From assembly GCA_036568505.1 (NCBI GenBank), contig DATCSK010000010.1:82566-146565 (forward strand): a stretch of DNA of 64,000 nt, given 5' to 3'. Position 1 is the first letter of the stretch; every line of letters begins with the position of its first letter. This DNA is from Pseudomonadales bacterium (GTDB lineage: Bacteria; Pseudomonadota; Gammaproteobacteria; Pseudomonadales; M0112). This document shows, piece by piece, positions 25,938 through 37,046 of this stretch. The position numbers were made by a program, and so were the translations under genes. The notes beneath the pieces are model-generated. The model made no database searches, had not been told where the DNA came from, and saw nothing but the letters and a program-made list of their open reading frames with translations.

Positions 25938-26654
25938 TTAAGCGGATGCTGCCGGCATTTTTGCAATTTCACTTTCAATCCACTGTTTGACCTCTTCGGT
26001 CAACTCCTTGCTGTTGCGCCCTTCGGTAGCAAACGGCTTGCTGATTACCACATGAATGGTGCCGGGTTTTTTGACAAAGCCGGGCACGGACCAGCAGGAA
26101 CCGGCATTGTGGGCGACTGCAATAATGGGCACGCCAGCCGAACAGGCAATGCCGGCGCCGCCGCGTGCGTAGTTGCCGACTTCGCCATACGGTGTGCGCG
26201 TGCCTTCGGGAAACACCAGAACGCTCAAGCCCTCTTCAATGCGCGCAATGCCTTCGCGGTGAATTTTCTTAATCGCTTCACGCGGGTTTTTGCGGTCAAT
26301 CGCAATCGGCTTTAACAGCGCAAGCCCCCATCCAAAAAACGGCATGTACAACAGTTCTTTTTTAAGGATGGTGCTAATGGGTTGCAGGCGAGTCTGTAAA
26401 AACAGGGTTTCCCATGTCGATTGATGTTTGGAGAGTACGACATACGGCGCTGGTGGAATATTTTCGAAACCGGTAATGGCGTAGTCGATATTGCAGGTGA
26501 TTTTTAACCACCAGATGGCGAAGTTGTTCCAGGACATGATGATGCGATAGCGAAACAAATACGGTGCCGGCCAAAGAAAAACCGAAACCGCGCCTGCCAT
26601 CATGCCGGTAATAAGAAACGGCACATAAAAAAGAAAAGTGCGCAGGTACTTCAT
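25938..26654 (-). CDS. plsC: 1-acyl-sn-glycerol-3-phosphate / lysophospholipid acyltransferase, PlsC family
   Basis: 238 aa with an N-terminal TM helix. Acyltransferase blocks SKHQSTWET (an HX4E variant of HX4D), FFGWG and VFPEGTR. Same position after gyrB as the lptA-type acyltransferase in the Pseudomonas gene order, from memory. Confidence 0.8.
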   Translation of the reverse strand: MKYLRTFLFYVPFLITGMMAGAVSVFLWPAPYLFRYRIIMSWNNFAIWWLKITCNIDYAITGFENIPPAPYVVLSKHQSTWETLFLQTRLQPISTILKKELLYMPFFGWGLALLKPIAIDRKNPREAIKKIHREGIARIEEGLSVLVFPEGTRTPYGEVGNYARGGAGIACSAGVPIIAVAHNAGSCWSVPGFVKKPGTIHVVISKPFATEGRNSKELTEEVKQWIESEIAKMPAASA

Positions 26655-27199
26655 TGTGTGGCCACCAAGTAGTTTGCCGCGTCAGCCAGCGTGTCGAATA
26701 CCGGAATGGTCGAAAGCGCGGCATGTGCCGATAGTTTTTTCTCGGTGGCCGCACCTTTGCCGGTGCGCACCAACAAGGGCTTGCAACCTCGCGCGACACC
26801 CGCCTCCAGATCGCGCAAGCTGTCACCGATTAGCCACGCGCCTTGGAGTGGCATGCCGAGTTCGGCGTTAATGGCATCGAGCAGGCCGGGCTTGGGTTTA
26901 CGGCAATCGCACCCGTCGTCGGGCGTATGCGGGCAATAAAAAATACCGGCAATCGCACCGTGAGCGGCATGCACCGCATCATGGAGTTTTTCGTGCATGG
27001 CTTCGAGATCGTCAAGATCAAACAGGCCGCGACCAAGGCCGCTTTGATTGGTGGCCACGGCGACAGTAAACCCGGCGTTACGCAGTTGTGCGATGGCGGC
27101 CACGCTGCCGGGAATAAACACGAACTCCTCGGCCGACTTGATGTAATCGGGCGAGTCTTCGTTGATCACGCCGTCGCGGTCAAGAATAACAAGCGTCAT
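26651..27199 (-). CDS. gmhB: D-glycero-beta-D-manno-heptose 1,7-bisphosphate 7-phosphatase (HAD family)
   Basis: 182 aa, with the HAD motif I LDRDGVIN, ATNQSG, and the Cys/His zinc-loop CPHTPDDGCDCRKPKPG typical of GmhB. Confidence 0.88.
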   Translation of the reverse strand: MTLVILDRDGVINEDSPDYIKSAEEFVFIPGSVAAIAQLRNAGFTVAVATNQSGLGRGLFDLDDLEAMHEKLHDAVHAAHGAIAGIFYCPHTPDDGCDCRKPKPGLLDAINAELGMPLQGAWLIGDSLRDLEAGVARGCKPLLVRTGKGAATEKKLSAHAALSTIPVFDTLADAANYLVATQ

Positions 27200-29262
27200 G
27201 ATTTTTCGGTCGCCAGCAAAGCGATGTCGGCGATGCTGCCAAACAACTGCTGGAATTGTTGCAGCAAGGCCAGTCGATTGGCACGCAACACGGGATCATC
27301 GGCCATCACCATTACCTGATCAAAAAAGTGATCGATCGGCGCTCGCAGCGCGGCCAATTGCCGCAGCGTTTCTGCGTAATGGGCTGTTGCCTGCCCGGCA
27401 GGCGCAAGCTCGGCCATCACGGAAGCGATGGCCGTGTGCAGGGCTTTTTCTGCGGCATCGGTCAGGTGATCTTCAGAAAAATCGGCGCTGACGGTTTCTT
27501 TGGAAAGAATATTGGCAACGCGTTTATTGGCAGCAGCCAGTGCAGCGGCATCCGGCAGCGTGGCAAACGCATTGACCGCACGAATCCGCGCATCAAAATC
27601 CATCGGCACCATGGGGCGCACGGCGAGCACCGACAAAATCACTTCGGCGGGAATGCCCTGCTCTTCATACATGGCGCGGTAGCGGCCGAACAAAAAGTCG
27701 AGCACGGCTTCGCGCGTTGCGGCGGCGTCTTTCGGCCGGTGCGTTTGCAGCACCGCATCCAGCAGCGCATCCAGACGCAGGTCGAGGGTGTTTTCAATCA
27801 ATATGCGCAGGATGCCCAGCGCAGCACGGCGCAAGGCGAACGGATCTTTGGAGCCGGTGGGCGGTTGGCCGATGGCAAACATGCCAACCAGGGTGTCGAG
27901 CTTGTCGGCAAGCGCGACGGCGATGCCGGTCTTGCTTTGCGGTAAGGCATCGCCGGCAAAGCGCGGCAGGTATTGTTCGCAGAGTGCATCCGGGATATCG
28001 CCGGCCTCCTGATCGTGGCGCGCGTAATACAGGCCCATGGTGCCTTGCAACTCGGGGAACTCACCCACCATCTGGGTGCACAAGTCGGCCTTTGAAAGCA
28101 GTGCCGCACGCCGGGCGTGGGTCTCGTTGCCACCTGTTTCGCGCGCAATGTAAGCCGCCACATGTTCCATGCGCTGCGTTTTTTCAAACACCGTGCCGAG
28201 CTCGGCCTGAAACACAATGTTGCGATTGCGTTCGTTGTGTTCAGCCAGTGTTATCTTGCGATCGGTTTGATAGAAAAACTCGGCATCGGTCAGGCGCGGG
28301 CGCACCACTTTTTCGTTGCCGGCAATAATTTGCGACGGGTCGCTGCTCTCGATGTTGGCCACGGTAATAAAACGGTTCATCAGCTTGCCGTGGTGGTTGT
28401 GCAAGCAAAAGTATTTCTGATTGTCTTGCATGGTAGCAATCAGTGCTTCTTGCGGGACGGCCAAGAAGCGTGCTTCAAAGGAGCAGGCCAGTGGCACAGG
28501 CCACTCGACCAAGGCCGCGACCTCATCAAGCAATGCCTGCGGAATAATGGCGGTGCCGCCTTCTTGCTCGGCCAGCTGCATGACGGTGAGGCGAATCTGT
28601 TCGCGACGTGCATCAAAGTCCGGCACAACAAAAGCGGCCTTAAGGGATTGCTGATAATCCTCGGCATCCGCAGACGGCAGCCACACCGGTCCCGGGTGAT
28701 GAAAGCGATGACCAACACTTTCGCGGCCGGCTTTCTGGCCAAGGATATCGCATTCGACCACGTGCTCACCGAACAACATCACCAACCATTGCGTGGGACG
28801 CACAAACTCGACGCGTGAAGCGCCCCAGCGCATGCGTTTGGCAATCGGCAAGTTATCGAGCGCGGCTTGCACAATGCCGGGCAATAAAGCGGTTGCGGCT
28901 TCGCCTTTGATGTCGCGGGTAAAGCGCAGTTTCTCGCCGCTTTGATCCAGCGCATCAATAGACACACCGTTCTTTTTAGCAAAGCCTTCGGCTGCTTTGG
29001 TGGGCTTGCCCTCGGCGTCAAACGCAGCCTTTACCGGCGGGCCGTCGACCGTCAGCACGCTGTCGGCTTGCCGGGTTTGCAGTTGCGCAACGTGCACGGC
29101 TAAGCGGCGTGGCGCGGCAAAGCCGTGGATGGCCTGGTGCGATAAGCCGGCTTTTTCAAGCCCGGTTTCAATGCCGTCAGCAAACGCATCACGCAGGGTT
29201 TTCAGCGCTTTTGGCGGCAGCTCTTCACAGCCGAGTTCAACCAAAAAATCGTGTGCACTCAT
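27196..29262 (-). CDS. glyS: glycine--tRNA ligase subunit beta
   Basis: 688 aa, [20 protein letters not shown]... (canonical GlyS N-terminus); overlaps the glyQ stop. Confidence 0.96.
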   Translation of the reverse strand: MSAHDFLVELGCEELPPKALKTLRDAFADGIETGLEKAGLSHQAIHGFAAPRRLAVHVAQLQTRQADSVLTVDGPPVKAAFDAEGKPTKAAEGFAKKNGVSIDALDQSGEKLRFTRDIKGEAATALLPGIVQAALDNLPIAKRMRWGASRVEFVRPTQWLVMLFGEHVVECDILGQKAGRESVGHRFHHPGPVWLPSADAEDYQQSLKAAFVVPDFDARREQIRLTVMQLAEQEGGTAIIPQALLDEVAALVEWPVPLACSFEARFLAVPQEALIATMQDNQKYFCLHNHHGKLMNRFITVANIESSDPSQIIAGNEKVVRPRLTDAEFFYQTDRKITLAEHNERNRNIVFQAELGTVFEKTQRMEHVAAYIARETGGNETHARRAALLSKADLCTQMVGEFPELQGTMGLYYARHDQEAGDIPDALCEQYLPRFAGDALPQSKTGIAVALADKLDTLVGMFAIGQPPTGSKDPFALRRAALGILRILIENTLDLRLDALLDAVLQTHRPKDAAATREAVLDFLFGRYRAMYEEQGIPAEVILSVLAVRPMVPMDFDARIRAVNAFATLPDAAALAAANKRVANILSKETVSADFSEDHLTDAAEKALHTAIASVMAELAPAGQATAHYAETLRQLAALRAPIDHFFDQVMVMADDPVLRANRLALLQQFQQLFGSIADIALLATEKS

Positions 29263-30194
29263 GGCCTGGCCTCCTGCTGCGCCAAGACTTCATCGCGCAG
29301 CGATGCCTCGGCCATGGGAAAGCCTAATCGGGCGCGGGCATCAAAATAACTTTGTGCGACGGCGCGCGCCAACGCACGCACGCGCAAAATATAGCGTTGG
29401 CGCTCTGTCACTGAAATGGCGCGACGGGCATCCAGCAAATTAAACGTGTGCGAGGCTTTTAATACAAATTCATACGCGGGCAAGGGCAGATCGAGCTGCA
29501 TCAGGCGATGCGATTCGCTTTCAAACAGATCAAACAGGCGAAACAGTTCGGGCACGTTGGCGTGCTCGAAATTGTAGGTGCTCATTTCGACTTCGTTTTG
29601 ATGGAACACGTCACCGTAGGTGACTTTCCCAAACGGGCCGTCGGTCCAGACCAGGTCATAGACCGAGTCCACGCCTTGCAAGTACATGGCCAGACGCTCC
29701 AGGCCGTAGGTGATTTCGCCAGTCACCGGATAACATTCGAGCCCGCCGACTTGCTGAAAATACGTAAATTGCGTGACCTCCATGCCGTTTAACCACACTT
29801 CCCAACCCAGCCCCCAGGCGCCCAAGGTGGGTGACTCCCAGTTGTCTTCGACAAAGCGAATGTCGTGTACGGTCGGATCGATGCCGATGGCTTTGAGGGA
29901 ATCGAGATACAGCTGCTGTATGTTGGCGGGGTTGGGCTTCATCACCACCTGAAATTGATAGTAATGCTGCAGACGATTGGGGTTCTCGCCATAGCGGCCG
30001 TCGGCGGGCCGGCGCGAAGGCTGCACGTAGGCCGCGTTCCAGGCCTCAGGGCCAATGGCACGCAAAAACGTGGCGGTATGAAATGTACCGGCACCCATTT
30101 CCATGTCGTAGGGCTGTAGCAAGACGCAGCCTTGTTTTGCCCAGTAGGCTTGCAAGGCGAGAATCAGCTCTTGAAAGGTCGGTACGGTTGTCAC
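29259..30194 (-). CDS. glyQ: glycine--tRNA ligase subunit alpha
   Basis: Start set at GTG 30194 ([39 protein letters not shown], against E. coli ...TFQGLILTLQDYWARQGC...), with AGGGGA upstream, giving 311 aa. The track start (352 aa) is an upstream in-frame extension. Confidence 0.93.
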   Translation of the reverse strand: MTTVPTFQELILALQAYWAKQGCVLLQPYDMEMGAGTFHTATFLRAIGPEAWNAAYVQPSRRPADGRYGENPNRLQHYYQFQVVMKPNPANIQQLYLDSLKAIGIDPTVHDIRFVEDNWESPTLGAWGLGWEVWLNGMEVTQFTYFQQVGGLECYPVTGEITYGLERLAMYLQGVDSVYDLVWTDGPFGKVTYGDVFHQNEVEMSTYNFEHANVPELFRLFDLFESESHRLMQLDLPLPAYEFVLKASHTFNLLDARRAISVTERQRYILRVRALARAVAQSYFDARARLGFPMAEASLRDEVLAQQEARP

Positions 30195-30293
30195 GGTAAT
30201 CCCCTGAGTGCCAGAATGGGCAGCGCTATTGGCCAGCGGCTGAAAGGCCGGAATTATAACGGGTATGCCCGCTTCGGCGTACCACTTCAATGG

Positions 30294-31202
30294 ATGGGCA
30301 CGATGTCCGAACCCCAAGCCTCTTTGCGCGAACGCCTGCTGTTGGGGTTGTTGCGCGTGAGCGCCCTGCTGCCGTTGTCGTTGTTACGCTGCATTGGGCG
30401 CGCGATCGGCGCAGGCATGGGCGGTTTTTCGTCGCGAGCCAAACAAACCACCGAAACGAATTTGCGGCTCTGCTTGCCAGAACTCAGTGAAGTGGCCCGT
30501 CAGCAATTGGTGCGTCAAAGCCTGCAAGAAACCGCCTGCACCGCGCTGGAAATGGGCCCCATGTGGTTCTGGCCGGCTCAAAAAACGCTGGGCTTGATCC
30601 GGCATATTCACAACGAGGCACTCTATCGCGAGGCATTGGCCGACCCAAGGGGCGTGTTGGTGTTGGTGCCGCATTTAGGGAACTGGGAGTTAACCGGCTT
30701 GTATCTTTCGACCACCGCGACATTGACAGCGCTGTATCAGCCGCCCAAGCAGCTGCTGTTGGAAACCGCGATTCTCAAGGCGCGCAGTCGTAACGGTGGC
30801 ACCTACGTGCCAACCGATCGCCGCGGTGTATCGGCCTTGCTGAAAGCATTGAAAGCCGGCGAAACCGTGGGCATTTTGCCGGATCAGGAGCCCGAGCCCG
30901 AAAGTGGCGTATTTGCGCCTTTTTTTGGCGTGCCGGCACTGACCATGACCTTGGGCTGTCAGCTGTTGGCCCGAACCCGGGCGCGGGTGATCATGGCCGT
31001 GGCTTGGCGCAACCATGCCGAAGGCGGATTTGATTTGGCGTTTGAAGACGCCGGCGCCGAATTGCACGAGGCCGATCCCGTGGCCGCCGTCACAGCAATG
31101 AACGCGGCGGTTGAGCGCCTGGTTCGCCAGCACCCCGAGCAGTATCAGTGGGAATACAAGCGGTTCAAGAAGCGACCGGACGGCCAGCCCAAAGTGTATT
31201 GA
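30294..31202 (+). CDS. lpxL: lipid A biosynthesis lauroyl/myristoyl acyltransferase family protein (LpxL/HtrB-like)
   Basis: Start at ATG 30294 or 30303 ([18 protein letters not shown]...), about 300 aa. N-terminal membrane anchor and PHLGNWE (HX4E) acyltransferase motif. Same position as htrB in the Pseudomonas gene order. Substrate not assignable from sequence. Confidence 0.75.
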   Translation: MGTMSEPQASLRERLLLGLLRVSALLPLSLLRCIGRAIGAGMGGFSSRAKQTTETNLRLCLPELSEVARQQLVRQSLQETACTALEMGPMWFWPAQKTLGLIRHIHNEALYREALADPRGVLVLVPHLGNWELTGLYLSTTATLTALYQPPKQLLLETAILKARSRNGGTYVPTDRRGVSALLKALKAGETVGILPDQEPEPESGVFAPFFGVPALTMTLGCQLLARTRARVIMAVAWRNHAEGGFDLAFEDAGAELHEADPVAAVTAMNAAVERLVRQHPEQYQWEYKRFKKRPDGQPKVY

Positions 31203-32651
31203 TCAGCGTCGCCAGAACGCGGGCGACAGCAATACCAGCACCGTGAAAATTTCCAGGCGTCCCGTGATCATGGTCAGCGCCAACGCCCATTTTGCAAAGT
31301 CATTGAGTGAGGCCCAGTTGCTGGAAGCCTCGCCTGCAGCAGGGCCGACATTACTGATGGCCGAGCCGACGGTTGAAAACGCGGTGACAAAATCCAGGCC
31401 GCTTGCCAAGAGCAATAACATCATGGCAATGAACAGCAGCACGTACACCGAGAAAAAGCTCCACACGGCCATGATCACGCGGTCACTGACGGTGTGTGCG
31501 CCTAGTTTTAACAGAAATACAGCATTGGGATGAATAAGCTGTTTCAGTTCACGCAGACCTTGTTTGAAGATCAACAATACGCGGACGACCTTTATGCCGC
31601 CGGCGGTTGAGCTGCCGCAGCCACCCATAAAGCCCAACAGCAATAGCAACCAAGGCAAGGGGCCGGGCCATGCACTGTAATCGTGTGTTTGGAAGCCGGT
31701 GGTTGATGCAAACGAAACGGCTTGGAACATACCATTAATAACGCTGTCATGAAGTGACAGGGTTTGAGTGGCCGCAAGTACAATGCTGATGAGAATGGAC
31801 GCGATGCTTAAAACCAGCGCGTAAAATACATATTCCGGGTTATTCAGGTAGTGACCCGCTTTGCCGTGTTGCCAAGCAATAAAGTGCAGCGAGAAATTAA
31901 TACTGCCAATAAACATAAAGGCAATGGCAACGCATTTGATGGCATCACTGGCAAAGTAGCCCATGCTGGCATCGTGGGTAGAAAATCCGCCAGTGGCTAC
32001 AGTGCTCATGCTGTGAGCAATGGCATCAAATAAACCCATGCCGGCGAGCCAATAGCAGGCAGCACAGGCAATGGTCATCAATAGATAAATAGTGAATAAG
32101 GCCTTGGCGGTGCTGGTGATACGCGGTGTTAATTTGCTGTCTTTCATGGGGCCGGTTGTTTCCGCTTTGTAGAGCTGCATGCCACCGATGCCAAGCATGG
32201 GAAGAATGGCCACAGCAATAACCACAATGCCGATACCACCCAACCACTGCAGCTGCTGGCGGTAATACAGAATGGATCGTGGCAGCGCATCGAGTCCGGT
32301 AATGACCGTGGCCCCGGTGGTCGTCAGCCCGGAGACCGACTCAAAAAAAGCATCGGTCAGGCTCAAATGCGGTGCTGCGGAGAGCATGAACGGCAGCGCA
32401 CCGAATAGCGACAACACCAACCAGAACAAAGCGGTAATCAAAAAACCATCGCGGGTGCGTAATTCACCTTTTTGTTTTGCATTGGGGAGCCAAAAGGCGG
32501 CGCCACTCAAAAAAGTGAGTCCGAAGGCAAGCAAAAAAATATGGTGAATGTTTTCTTGGTAGTACCAAGCAACACCGACAGGCGCGAGCTGCGTCAGACT
32601 GAACAGCATCAGCAGAACGCCCAGGATGCGAGAGATGATGCGCAGGTTCAT
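31203..32651 (-). CDS. trkH: Trk-type potassium uptake protein TrkH
   Basis: 482-aa polytopic membrane protein, MNLRIISRILGVLLMLFSLTQL... (compare E. coli MHFRAITRIVGLLVILFS); adjacent to trkA. Confidence 0.92.
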   Translation of the reverse strand: MNLRIISRILGVLLMLFSLTQLAPVGVAWYYQENIHHIFLLAFGLTFLSGAAFWLPNAKQKGELRTRDGFLITALFWLVLSLFGALPFMLSAAPHLSLTDAFFESVSGLTTTGATVITGLDALPRSILYYRQQLQWLGGIGIVVIAVAILPMLGIGGMQLYKAETTGPMKDSKLTPRITSTAKALFTIYLLMTIACAACYWLAGMGLFDAIAHSMSTVATGGFSTHDASMGYFASDAIKCVAIAFMFIGSINFSLHFIAWQHGKAGHYLNNPEYVFYALVLSIASILISIVLAATQTLSLHDSVINGMFQAVSFASTTGFQTHDYSAWPGPLPWLLLLLGFMGGCGSSTAGGIKVVRVLLIFKQGLRELKQLIHPNAVFLLKLGAHTVSDRVIMAVWSFFSVYVLLFIAMMLLLLASGLDFVTAFSTVGSAISNVGPAAGEASSNWASLNDFAKWALALTMITGRLEIFTVLVLLSPAFWRR

Positions 32652-32664
32652 GCGTGCTTAGTCA

Positions 32665-34041
32665 TCAAAAAAAGTGAAAGCCGACGTGGAATAACTTTTC
32701 AACGTCTTTGATGTATTGCTTGTCGGTGAGAAAGACGATGACGTGGTCATCGGTTTCCACGACCACATCGTGGTGCGCCATGATGACTTTCTCGCCGCGA
32801 ACCAGTGCCGCAATGGCAACACCCTCGGGTAACTTGATGTCTTCGAGGCGGCGGCCGACGATGCGCGAATTCTTTTTCTCGCCGTGCGCGACAATTTCGA
32901 GCGCTTCGGCGGCACCGCGCCGCAGCGAATGGACATTGACGGCATCACCACGGCGTATATGGGTTAGCAAGCTGCCGATGGTGATTTGTTGTGGCGACAG
33001 CGCAATGTCAATTTCGCCGCCTTGAATCAAATCGACATACACCGGATTGGTAATCAAGGTAATGACTTTGCGTGCACCCAGGCGCTTGGCCAGCAGTGAC
33101 GACATGATGTTGATTTCATCGTCGTTGGTCAGCGCACAAAACACATCAATGTCTTCGATGTTTTCGTTGCGCAGCAAGTCGTGGTCGGAGGCGCTGCCTT
33201 GCAACACGATGGTGCGATCGAGCTCGTCCGATAAAAACTGGCAGCGCTCGTGACTGAATTCGATGAGTTTGACCTGGAGGCGTTTCTCGATGGTTGCCGC
33301 TAAGCGCGCCCCAATATTACCGCCACCGGCGATCATGATGCGGCGATAAGGTTCATCCAGACGACCAAGCTCGCCCATGATGGTTTGAATGTGTTCTTTG
33401 GCGGCAATAAAAAAGACTTCATCGCCGACCTGAATGGCCGTATCGCCATCGGGAATAATGGATTTGCCTTGCCGATAAATGGCCGCCACGCGCATGTCAA
33501 CATCGGGCGTGTGGTTGCGCAGTTCGCGAATCGGATTGCTGACCAGCGGGCCACCATGAAAGGCCTTGACGCCGACCAGCTGTACGCGGCCGTCAGCAAA
33601 ATCCATTACTTGCAGTGCGCCGGGGTGCTCCAGCAAGCGCTCGACGGCACGAGTGACCAATTGCTCGGGAGCAATGGTGACGTCGACGGGAATGTGTTCC
33701 GGTCGGAACAATTCGTCGGCGCGATGGATATAAGCTTGCGCGCGAACGCGGCAAATTTTGGTGGGCGTGCGAAATAGCGAGTGGGCCACTTGGCAGGCGA
33801 CCATGTTGATTTCGTCGGACGAGGTGACCGCAATCAGCATGTCGGCATCGTCGGCACCGGCTTTGCGCAGAGTCGACGGGTGTGATGCCGAGCCGACCAC
33901 CGTGCGGATATCCAGCCGGCTTTGCAGTTCTTGCAGACGGCCGGAATCGGTGTCGACCACCGTGATATCGTTTTTTTCGCTGGCCAGATTAAGTGCCAAT
34001 GTACCGCCGACCTGGCCGGCGCCGAGAATGAGGATTTTCAT
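32665..34041 (-). CDS. trkA: Trk system potassium uptake protein TrkA
   Basis: 458 aa with two Rossmann NAD-binding repeats (MKILILGAGQVGG... and IMIAGGGNIGARLA). Confidence 0.95.
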   Translation of the reverse strand: MKILILGAGQVGGTLALNLASEKNDITVVDTDSGRLQELQSRLDIRTVVGSASHPSTLRKAGADDADMLIAVTSSDEINMVACQVAHSLFRTPTKICRVRAQAYIHRADELFRPEHIPVDVTIAPEQLVTRAVERLLEHPGALQVMDFADGRVQLVGVKAFHGGPLVSNPIRELRNHTPDVDMRVAAIYRQGKSIIPDGDTAIQVGDEVFFIAAKEHIQTIMGELGRLDEPYRRIMIAGGGNIGARLAATIEKRLQVKLIEFSHERCQFLSDELDRTIVLQGSASDHDLLRNENIEDIDVFCALTNDDEINIMSSLLAKRLGARKVITLITNPVYVDLIQGGEIDIALSPQQITIGSLLTHIRRGDAVNVHSLRRGAAEALEIVAHGEKKNSRIVGRRLEDIKLPEGVAIAALVRGEKVIMAHHDVVVETDDHVIVFLTDKQYIKDVEKLFHVGFHFF

Positions 34042-34092
34042 GAGACGTAGGGCCTGCCCTCGTTGTGCTGGCTTATTGTAACAGCCGAAGTC

Positions 34093-35388
34093 TTATGGCG
34101 TGGAAGAGTGTTTGCGCAGTCGTGCGTAATAAAACCCATCGCCGCCATCGACGTCGGGCAGAATTTGTCGGCCGTGCGAGCAGGCAACACCCCAACCGGC
34201 ATCAATGGGCTCTTCGCGTGCATCGGGCGTGGCGTTTAAAAACGCGTCGATTTGTGCGGTGTTCTCTTCCGGCAAAATCGAGCAGGTGCTGTAGAGCAGG
34301 ATGCCATTGGGCGCGAGCATCGACCACGCTGCGGCCAGCAGCACGCGCTGCTCTTCAACCAGTTCGCGGATGGCCGAGGCTTTGCGCAGCAATTTGATGT
34401 CCGGGTGACGACGAATAACACCGGTGCCCGAACACGGCGCGTCCAGCAAGATGGCATCAAAGGGCGTGCCATCCCACCATTCGGCCGGGTAGCCCAGATC
34501 ACCACTGCACAGCGTGACGTCCACAAAATCGAGGCGCTGCAGATTTTCTTCCACGCGTCGCAGGCGGTTGGTATCGATATCCAGCGCGGTCATGATCAGT
34601 TGCGGTTCGATCTCCAGCCAGTGGCCGGTTTTTCCGCCGGGTGCGGCACAGGCATCCAGAACGCGCAGGCCGGCCGTCGCCGGCAGCAGCAAGGCAGCCA
34701 ACTGTGCGGACTCGTCTTGCACGCTGGCTTCACCCTGGTGAAAGCCGGGCAAGGCATCAACCGGTACCGGCGTGTGCAGGCGCAAGCCATCGGGTGCATG
34801 CGCACAAGGGGTGGCGGTAATGCCGGCATGGTCGAGCCGGTCTTGATAAATGTCGCGCGTTTCGTGCTGCCGGTTAACGCGCAAAGTCATCGGCGGATGA
34901 CTGTTGTTGCAGGCAATAATGCGTTCGGCATGATCCGGCCAATCGCGTTGAATGGCCTGCCACAACCACGGCGGGTGCGCGGCCGCCGCTGCCGGTGACA
35001 AGGCCTGCTCCAACTCGCTTTGGCGGCGCTGGTATTGGCGCAGCACCGCATTGATCAGGCCTTTGGCCCAGCCTTTGCGCAAATCAATACAGGCCTGCAC
35101 GGTTTCATTAATGGCGGCGTGTTCGGCCACGCGCATGTAGCGCAACTGGCAAATGCCAATCAGCAGCAATGCGTAAATATCCTGATCGCGGGCTTTCAAG
35201 GGCTTGTCGAGCAGGGGATCGGTCAGTGCTTGCAACGTCGGGCAGTAACGCATGACTTCAAAGCACAGCGCTTGCAGCCATGCGCGATCGCGTTCCGGCA
35301 GTTGCGTTTGTTCCAGTGCGCTCGACAACGAGCCGTGCTGTTGCAGCAACGCACTGATGATGTTGGCGGCACTGGCGCGCAGGTTCAT
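34093..35388 (-). CDS. rsmB: 16S rRNA (cytosine967-C5)-methyltransferase
   Basis: 431 aa with a NusB-like N-terminal domain, the SAM motif DACAAPGGKT, and catalytic Cys motifs DAPCSGTG and YSTCS. Lies downstream of fmt. Confidence 0.93.
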   Translation of the reverse strand: MNLRASAANIISALLQQHGSLSSALEQTQLPERDRAWLQALCFEVMRYCPTLQALTDPLLDKPLKARDQDIYALLLIGICQLRYMRVAEHAAINETVQACIDLRKGWAKGLINAVLRQYQRRQSELEQALSPAAAAAHPPWLWQAIQRDWPDHAERIIACNNSHPPMTLRVNRQHETRDIYQDRLDHAGITATPCAHAPDGLRLHTPVPVDALPGFHQGEASVQDESAQLAALLLPATAGLRVLDACAAPGGKTGHWLEIEPQLIMTALDIDTNRLRRVEENLQRLDFVDVTLCSGDLGYPAEWWDGTPFDAILLDAPCSGTGVIRRHPDIKLLRKASAIRELVEEQRVLLAAAWSMLAPNGILLYSTCSILPEENTAQIDAFLNATPDAREEPIDAGWGVACSHGRQILPDVDGGDGFYYARLRKHSSTP

Positions 35389-36338
35389 GCAGAGGCTCCC
35401 AGCCGCGTGCCGCTAACAAATAGCGTTTTGTGACCGTTCAGAATGTCGCCGGCGGGCAGCGCGCGAGCACCGGGCATTTGTAATTCATCAAGGCACAGTA
35501 CGCCTTCTGCGCAGGCAACACGAATACCCGATGATTCGGCACGCACCACGGTGCCGGGTATTCCCTGCCCTGCTTCGGCATGCGCGCGCCAGAGCTTGAT
35601 GCGCTGCTCGCCCAGCGTGGTCCAGCAGGGGTTGGCGGCGTTGAATGCCCGAATGCGACGGGCGATGACCGTTGCGGGCTGGTGCCAATCGATGCAGGCT
35701 TCGTCGCGGTGCAGCTTGCGCGCATAGCTAATGCCTTCATCGGGTTGAGGCGTGGCGTGCAATGAGCCGTTTTGCAAAGCGTGCACAGTACTAATTAATG
35801 TGGTGGCACCCAGCGTTGTGAGTCGTTCACGCAAGCTGCTGCCGGTATCGTCATCATGAATAGGACACGAGGCGATGTGCAACATGGGGCCGGTATCCAG
35901 GCCGGCATCCATCTGCATGGTGGTAATGCCGGTTTCCCGGTCGCCGGCTTCAATGGCGCGCTCAATCGGTGCGGCGCCTCGCCAGCGCGGCAGCAAGGAG
36001 GCATGCACATTAATGCAACCGAGGCGCGGGATATCCAGCACACGCTGCGGCAGCAGCAAACCGTATGCGACGACGATCATCAGGTCGGGCTGGAGTGCTG
36101 CCAATGCGTCGACATCGGCATCGTCGCGAAAGTTGATCGGCTGCAATACCGGGATGCCGTGGCGCAATGCCAGCTGCTTAACCGCGCTGGCCTGCAGTTT
36201 TTTGCCTCGCCCGGCGGGGCGGTCGGGCTGGGTGTAGGCAGCAATGACCGAGGCGCGGTCTGCCAATAGCGCGGCAAGGCAGGCGGCGGCGATATCCGGC
36301 GTTCCGGCAAACACAATGCGCAAGGACGGCTGACTCAT
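35385..36338 (-). CDS. fmt: methionyl-tRNA formyltransferase
   Basis: 317 aa, ...RIVFAGTPDIAA..., with HASLLPRWRGAAPI (formyltransferase motif); def-fmt pairing. Confidence 0.95.
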   Translation of the reverse strand: MSQPSLRIVFAGTPDIAAACLAALLADRASVIAAYTQPDRPAGRGKKLQASAVKQLALRHGIPVLQPINFRDDADVDALAALQPDLMIVVAYGLLLPQRVLDIPRLGCINVHASLLPRWRGAAPIERAIEAGDRETGITTMQMDAGLDTGPMLHIASCPIHDDDTGSSLRERLTTLGATTLISTVHALQNGSLHATPQPDEGISYARKLHRDEACIDWHQPATVIARRIRAFNAANPCWTTLGEQRIKLWRAHAEAGQGIPGTVVRAESSGIRVACAEGVLCLDELQMPGARALPAGDILNGHKTLFVSGTRLGASA

Positions 36339-36353
36339 GGCGTGACGAGAATC

Positions 36354-36860
36354 TCAGGCGTGGGTTCGATGAGCTTTCTCCAGTTTTTGGCGAATGCGTT
36401 GGCGCTTCAGGGCCGAGAGATAATCCACGAACAGCTTGCCATCAAGGTGATCGCATTCGTGCTGAATGCACACGGCCAGCAGGCCGTCGGCCTCGAAGTC
36501 CAGCGTCCGGCCCTCGCGGTCCAGCGCGGTAACCCGGATGCGTTGCGGTCGGCAAACCGTTTCGTAGTAGCCGGGCACCGACAGGCAGCCCTCCTGATAC
36601 TCTCTTGGTTCGGGGTCAATCACTGCATATTTAGGGTTTATCAGCACCAAGGGTGCGTTTTTCTCGTCAGAAAGGTCGATGACCACCAGTTGCTTCTGGA
36701 CATTGACCTGGGTTGCGGCCAGGCCGATGCCCGGTGCCGCATACATGGTTTCGAGCATGTTATCGGCCAGTGCCCGAATGCCGTCATCAACCGTGGCGAT
36801 GGGGGCGGCTTTCTTACGCAGGCGAGGGTCGGGAAATTCAAGTATTTCGAGAAGGGCCAT
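36354..36860 (-). CDS. def: peptide deformylase
   Basis: 168 aa with the three PDF motifs [13 protein letters not shown] and HECDH. Confidence 0.96.
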   Translation of the reverse strand: MALLEILEFPDPRLRKKAAPIATVDDGIRALADNMLETMYAAPGIGLAATQVNVQKQLVVIDLSDEKNAPLVLINPKYAVIDPEPREYQEGCLSVPGYYETVCRPQRIRVTALDREGRTLDFEADGLLAVCIQHECDHLDGKLFVDYLSALKRQRIRQKLEKAHRTHA

Positions 36861-37046
36861 AATGCTACCAGTAGCTTTACCTAGCGGGTTATTGCGCTAT
36901 TATACCCAAGACGGCGCCTGCTTCTTCAGGGCTCGACGGGGTATCGCCCATAAGCTGCTGATTTATGGTATCTTGCTGGCAGCGGTAACTCTCGGCTTCA
37001 TGCATGAGCATGGGCGCTGCTGCCGAATAATAAAAGGAATGATCGC

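Noticed and set aside
26374-26826. 150-aa minus-strand ORF overlapping the acyltransferase/gmhB junction
   Set aside because: It is out of frame with, and overlaps, two well-supported genes that themselves overlap by ATGA. No motifs.
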